From: a virus
Taxonomy: Duplodnaviria > Caudoviricetes
IMG/VR virus record: IMGVR_UViG_3300016478_000127
Location: 1-38,308 of that record
DNA: 38,308 nucleotides
Reading direction: 5' to 3' (one strand)
Position 1 is the first letter of the stretch, and each line of letters begins with the position of its first letter. This document shows positions 35,943 through 38,308 of the stretch, one piece after another. The translations under genes were made by a program, and so were the position numbers. The notes beneath the pieces were generated by a model. It worked only from the letters and a program-made list of their open reading frames with translations, ran no database searches and was not told the origin of the DNA.

Positions 35943-36529
35943 ACTGCCTGTGCGCGATCAAGGCGCTCTTTCAGCTTGTTGCGGTACTTCGCCATGAGGA
36001 TGCCTTGTTGCAACAAATCAGTACGCTCCAACTCTGGCAGAGCCTGGAAAGCCTCACTGTTGGTAAAAGCATCCAATTTCAACAGGCGCTCAACCACTTC
36101 GGCATGTTCAGCCTCCATACGCTCAATATGGTTTTTCGGCTGGGCTGCCAAACGGCATTTCAGCTCGTAACCCATCAACGGCCAGATTTTGTTCTCGGCG
36201 TTGCGACGGGCAGCGATGCGGCCAGCCTCAGCGTCGAAGTTCTCCGGCGATGCACAGGCCGACTCACCGGTTACGGTGAAACCGTTTTGCAGAACCAGCA
36301 CGCAGAAGGTGAGCAGGCCCAAGGTCGGGTCCAGTGCCGTGGTGCTGACCAGGCTCGGGTTTAAGGTGTCCACCGATTCGTCGAGGACGGCCATGCGGGC
36401 ACCCTGCAAGCCGGTGAAGTAGAACACCGACTTGATGTTGGCCTGCACCAGATCGGGGGTGATGCGAGGTGCATTCAGTCCCTTCTCTTGCAGCATCTGT
36501 TCAAACTCGCGGTCAGTTGGAGAGGTCAT
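35939..36529 (-). CDS. N4 Gp49/Sf6 gp66-family domain fused to a C-terminal helical hairpin domain; candidate anti-defence sponge
   Basis: LTFCVLVLQNGFTVTGESACASPENFDAEAGRIAARRNAENKIWPLMGY plus HIERMEAEHAEVVERLLKLDAF...LKERL; GAGGA RBS before ATG 36529. Confidence 0.8.
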   Translation of the reverse strand: MTSPTDREFEQMLQEKGLNAPRITPDLVQANIKSVFYFTGLQGARMAVLDESVDTLNPSLVSTTALDPTLGLLTFCVLVLQNGFTVTGESACASPENFDAEAGRIAARRNAENKIWPLMGYELKCRLAAQPKNHIERMEAEHAEVVERLLKLDAFTNSEAFQALPELERTDLLQQGILMAKYRNKLKERLDRAQAV

Positions 36530-36860
36530 GGCCTTCCTCCTCACCTTCAGCTGCTGGCTCATCAGCTGGGATCATCTGGATCGGGAACTGCTGGAAGATG
36601 CTGACAGCAATCGACAGACCGGCACGGAAGCCCACCATCTGTTCCTGGTTCAGCTCGAAGGTTTCACCGGTCTTGTGATCAGTGACCTCGACCGGGATTT
36701 CCGGAGGGCAGTTCATGGCGTGCATCAACTGGCCCATGCGGTTGTTGTGCCAGCTGGCCATGTGGTAAACCACCTGATCAGCAGTTTCCAACGGAATGGG
36801 CTGCTGCTCTTCAGCAGGTTGCGATTGACCAGCACCATTCATTTCTTGGGTATCGGACAT
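36513..36860 (-). CDS. Conserved N4-like hypothetical protein
   Basis: AAGGA RBS; GFRAGLSIA..IFQQFP segment. Confidence 0.75.
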   Translation of the reverse strand: MSDTQEMNGAGQSQPAEEQQPIPLETADQVVYHMASWHNNRMGQLMHAMNCPPEIPVEVTDHKTGETFELNQEQMVGFRAGLSIAVSIFQQFPIQMIPADEPAAEGEEEGHDLSN

Positions 36861-36885
36861 TGTGGTTTCCTTGGTGGTGTGATGG

Positions 36886-36914
36886 AGAAAAAGCCCCGAA
36901 ATGGGGGCTTTCTC
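36886..36914 (-). terminator. Terminator after SSB
   Basis: AAAGCCCC...GGGGCTTTTT on the minus strand. Confidence 0.75.
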
Positions 36915-36932
36915 AAGGCAGACCGTCAGTGA

Positions 36933-37670
36933 TTAGCTGAACAGGCTGTTTTGCGGCTTGGAAGTGCCACCAGCCGAAGCTGCACCGGCTTTCGGAGCAC
37001 CGGCAGTGCCAGCCTGCTTGGTGGTACGATCACGCACTTGACCGACCCACTTCTTCTTCCAGGTCTCGATGAACACTGCTTCGGGTGCTTGAGCCAGGAT
37101 TTCAGCAGTGGTCTTGCTGTCGCGTTCGCGGAAGAGCTTGTCCAGCTCGTTCTCTTCGCGGGTTTCGCCGCTCGGTACGTAGTTGCCAGCAGCGTCCTTA
37201 ATGTTCTTGTCCACGACTTGCTTGATCAGGCCACCCAGAACCTGCTTGCCGAGCAGCTCGGTCAGCATTTCCACGTTGGTCGGCACTTCAGCTTTGGCTT
37301 CGGACGAATAGACGTTGACCACCTTGGTCTCGGTTTCCATCTGGCTGATTTCCTTGCCTACGGTCAGCAGGCACAGGCTGTTGGCCATGTTGAAGCCCGG
37401 CAGGTACTGCTTGTCGCCTTTCTTGTCCACGTAGTAGTTCTTGCAGCCTTTTTCTTTACCGGAGGTCATCCAGAACTGCTGACGCACTTCCTTGTTGTCC
37501 TCGGTGGTCAGGTGTACCACCAGGGACAGGGCATCGCTGCTAGCCTTCTGAAGATAGGCCAGCTTGACGGTGAAGTTGTAGACATTGGAGTCCAGAAGGG
37601 AGCCACCGCCTACGCTGTCTTTTTCAGCGGCGATGTCGTTGGAGGTAGCGAGTCCAGAGAGCAGGGACAT
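36933..37670 (-). CDS. ssb: Single-stranded DNA-binding protein (N4 gp45-like)
   Basis: EKDSVGG, YLPGFNMANSLCLLTVGKEI, TREENELDK, flexible tail ending SLFS; follows the gp44-like gene. Confidence 0.85.
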   Translation of the reverse strand: MSLLSGLATSNDIAAEKDSVGGGSLLDSNVYNFTVKLAYLQKASSDALSLVVHLTTEDNKEVRQQFWMTSGKEKGCKNYYVDKKGDKQYLPGFNMANSLCLLTVGKEISQMETETKVVNVYSSEAKAEVPTNVEMLTELLGKQVLGGLIKQVVDKNIKDAAGNYVPSGETREENELDKLFRERDSKTTAEILAQAPEAVFIETWKKKWVGQVRDRTTKQAGTAGAPKAGAASAGGTSKPQNSLFS

Positions 37671-37702
37671 GGTGTTTTCCTTGTATTAGGAGGGTGGGTG
37701 GG

Positions 37703-38308
37703 TCAGTTGTAATACTGGTGCAGACGGTCAAGAACCATCTGCATGTTGTTGTCCATGTAGGTCTCTTTGTTCTCGAAGAGACCCATGGGGCCACGCAGAC
37801 GTTCGGAGACAGTATCCTTGGTCAGCTTGGTTTGGAAGACATACTTGAAGCCCAGTGCCTCGTCTTCCGGGGTGATATTCAGCATCGGGTTGCTGTAGTC
37901 CTTCAAGGTCTTCAGCGGCACTTTTTTGCTGGCAATCACAATGGAGAAGAAGGATTCCAGACCGACACCCTTCAGAGCACCTTTGATCGGCACGTAGGTC
38001 TCCATGACCATTTCGGACTCATTGATGTCCGATTTGGTGTGAGCAATGAAGATCACGTTCTTGGTTGAACGTGCCACGTACTGCTGCATCAGGTTCTTGC
38101 AGAACTGGGCATAGTTGCCCCATGCCTGCATGGTGTTGGTTGATGGAATGACGTAGACCGACTCGTACATTTCCATGAGGAATGTCAGCGAATCGACGAC
38201 GATGGTGTGGATTTCCGGCTTGGTCTCGGCATGATCGAATGCCTCGTAGACCTGCAACGGGTCGGTGATGGTGAACTCCTTGAACTTGGAGCGGAACGGC
38301 AGTTTCTT
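37703..38308 (-). CDS. AAA/Sak4-like ATPase (N4 gp44-like), start lies beyond the window edge
   Basis: Walker B IVVDSLT, VIFIAH, ERLRGPMGLF; frame is open to 38308 (KKLPFRSKF...). Confidence 0.85.
   Translation of the reverse strand, partial: KKLPFRSKFKEFTITDPLQVYEAFDHAETKPEIHTIVVDSLTFLMEMYESVYVIPSTNTMQAWGNYAQFCKNLMQQYVARSTKNVIFIAHTKSDINESEMVMETYVPIKGALKGVGLESFFSIVIASKKVPLKTLKDYSNPMLNITPEDEALGFKYVFQTKLTKDTVSERLRGPMGLFENKETYMDNNMQMVLDRLHQYYN

Overview
This window is a segment of an N4-like podovirus (Schitoviridae) genome that appears to span the junction of the two genome ends at about 9.1 kb. The host looks gammaproteobacterial but cannot be determined from sequence alone. Left of the junction (minus strand) is the early/middle region. 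It holds five GGA-loop hairpin promoters for the virion RNA polymerase alternating with cUUCGg terminators, a gp2-like activator, SLOG and macrodomain-like proteins, and both subunits of RNA polymerase II. The second subunit is split at its catalytic IHDSF motif by a group I intron that carries an HNH-AP2 homing endonuclease. Six or more divergent ~80-aa paralogues surround the RNAP genes. Right of the junction (plus strand) is the late/virion module: gp69-like, terminase, gp67-like, portal, scaffold-like, major capsid, gp55-gp51-like proteins and a ~3460-aa virion RNA polymerase, with a dUTPase on the opposite strand. The right end (minus strand) carries a Sak4-like ATPase, SSB, a Gp49-family fusion (candidate nucleotide-signal sponge) and a RuvC-like resolvase. 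It also holds a strongly structured ~110-nt intergenic RNA whose loop is complementary to the leaders of the RNAP-subunit-1 and gp2-like mRNAs. All family assignments come from visual motif recognition and synteny, not database searches.
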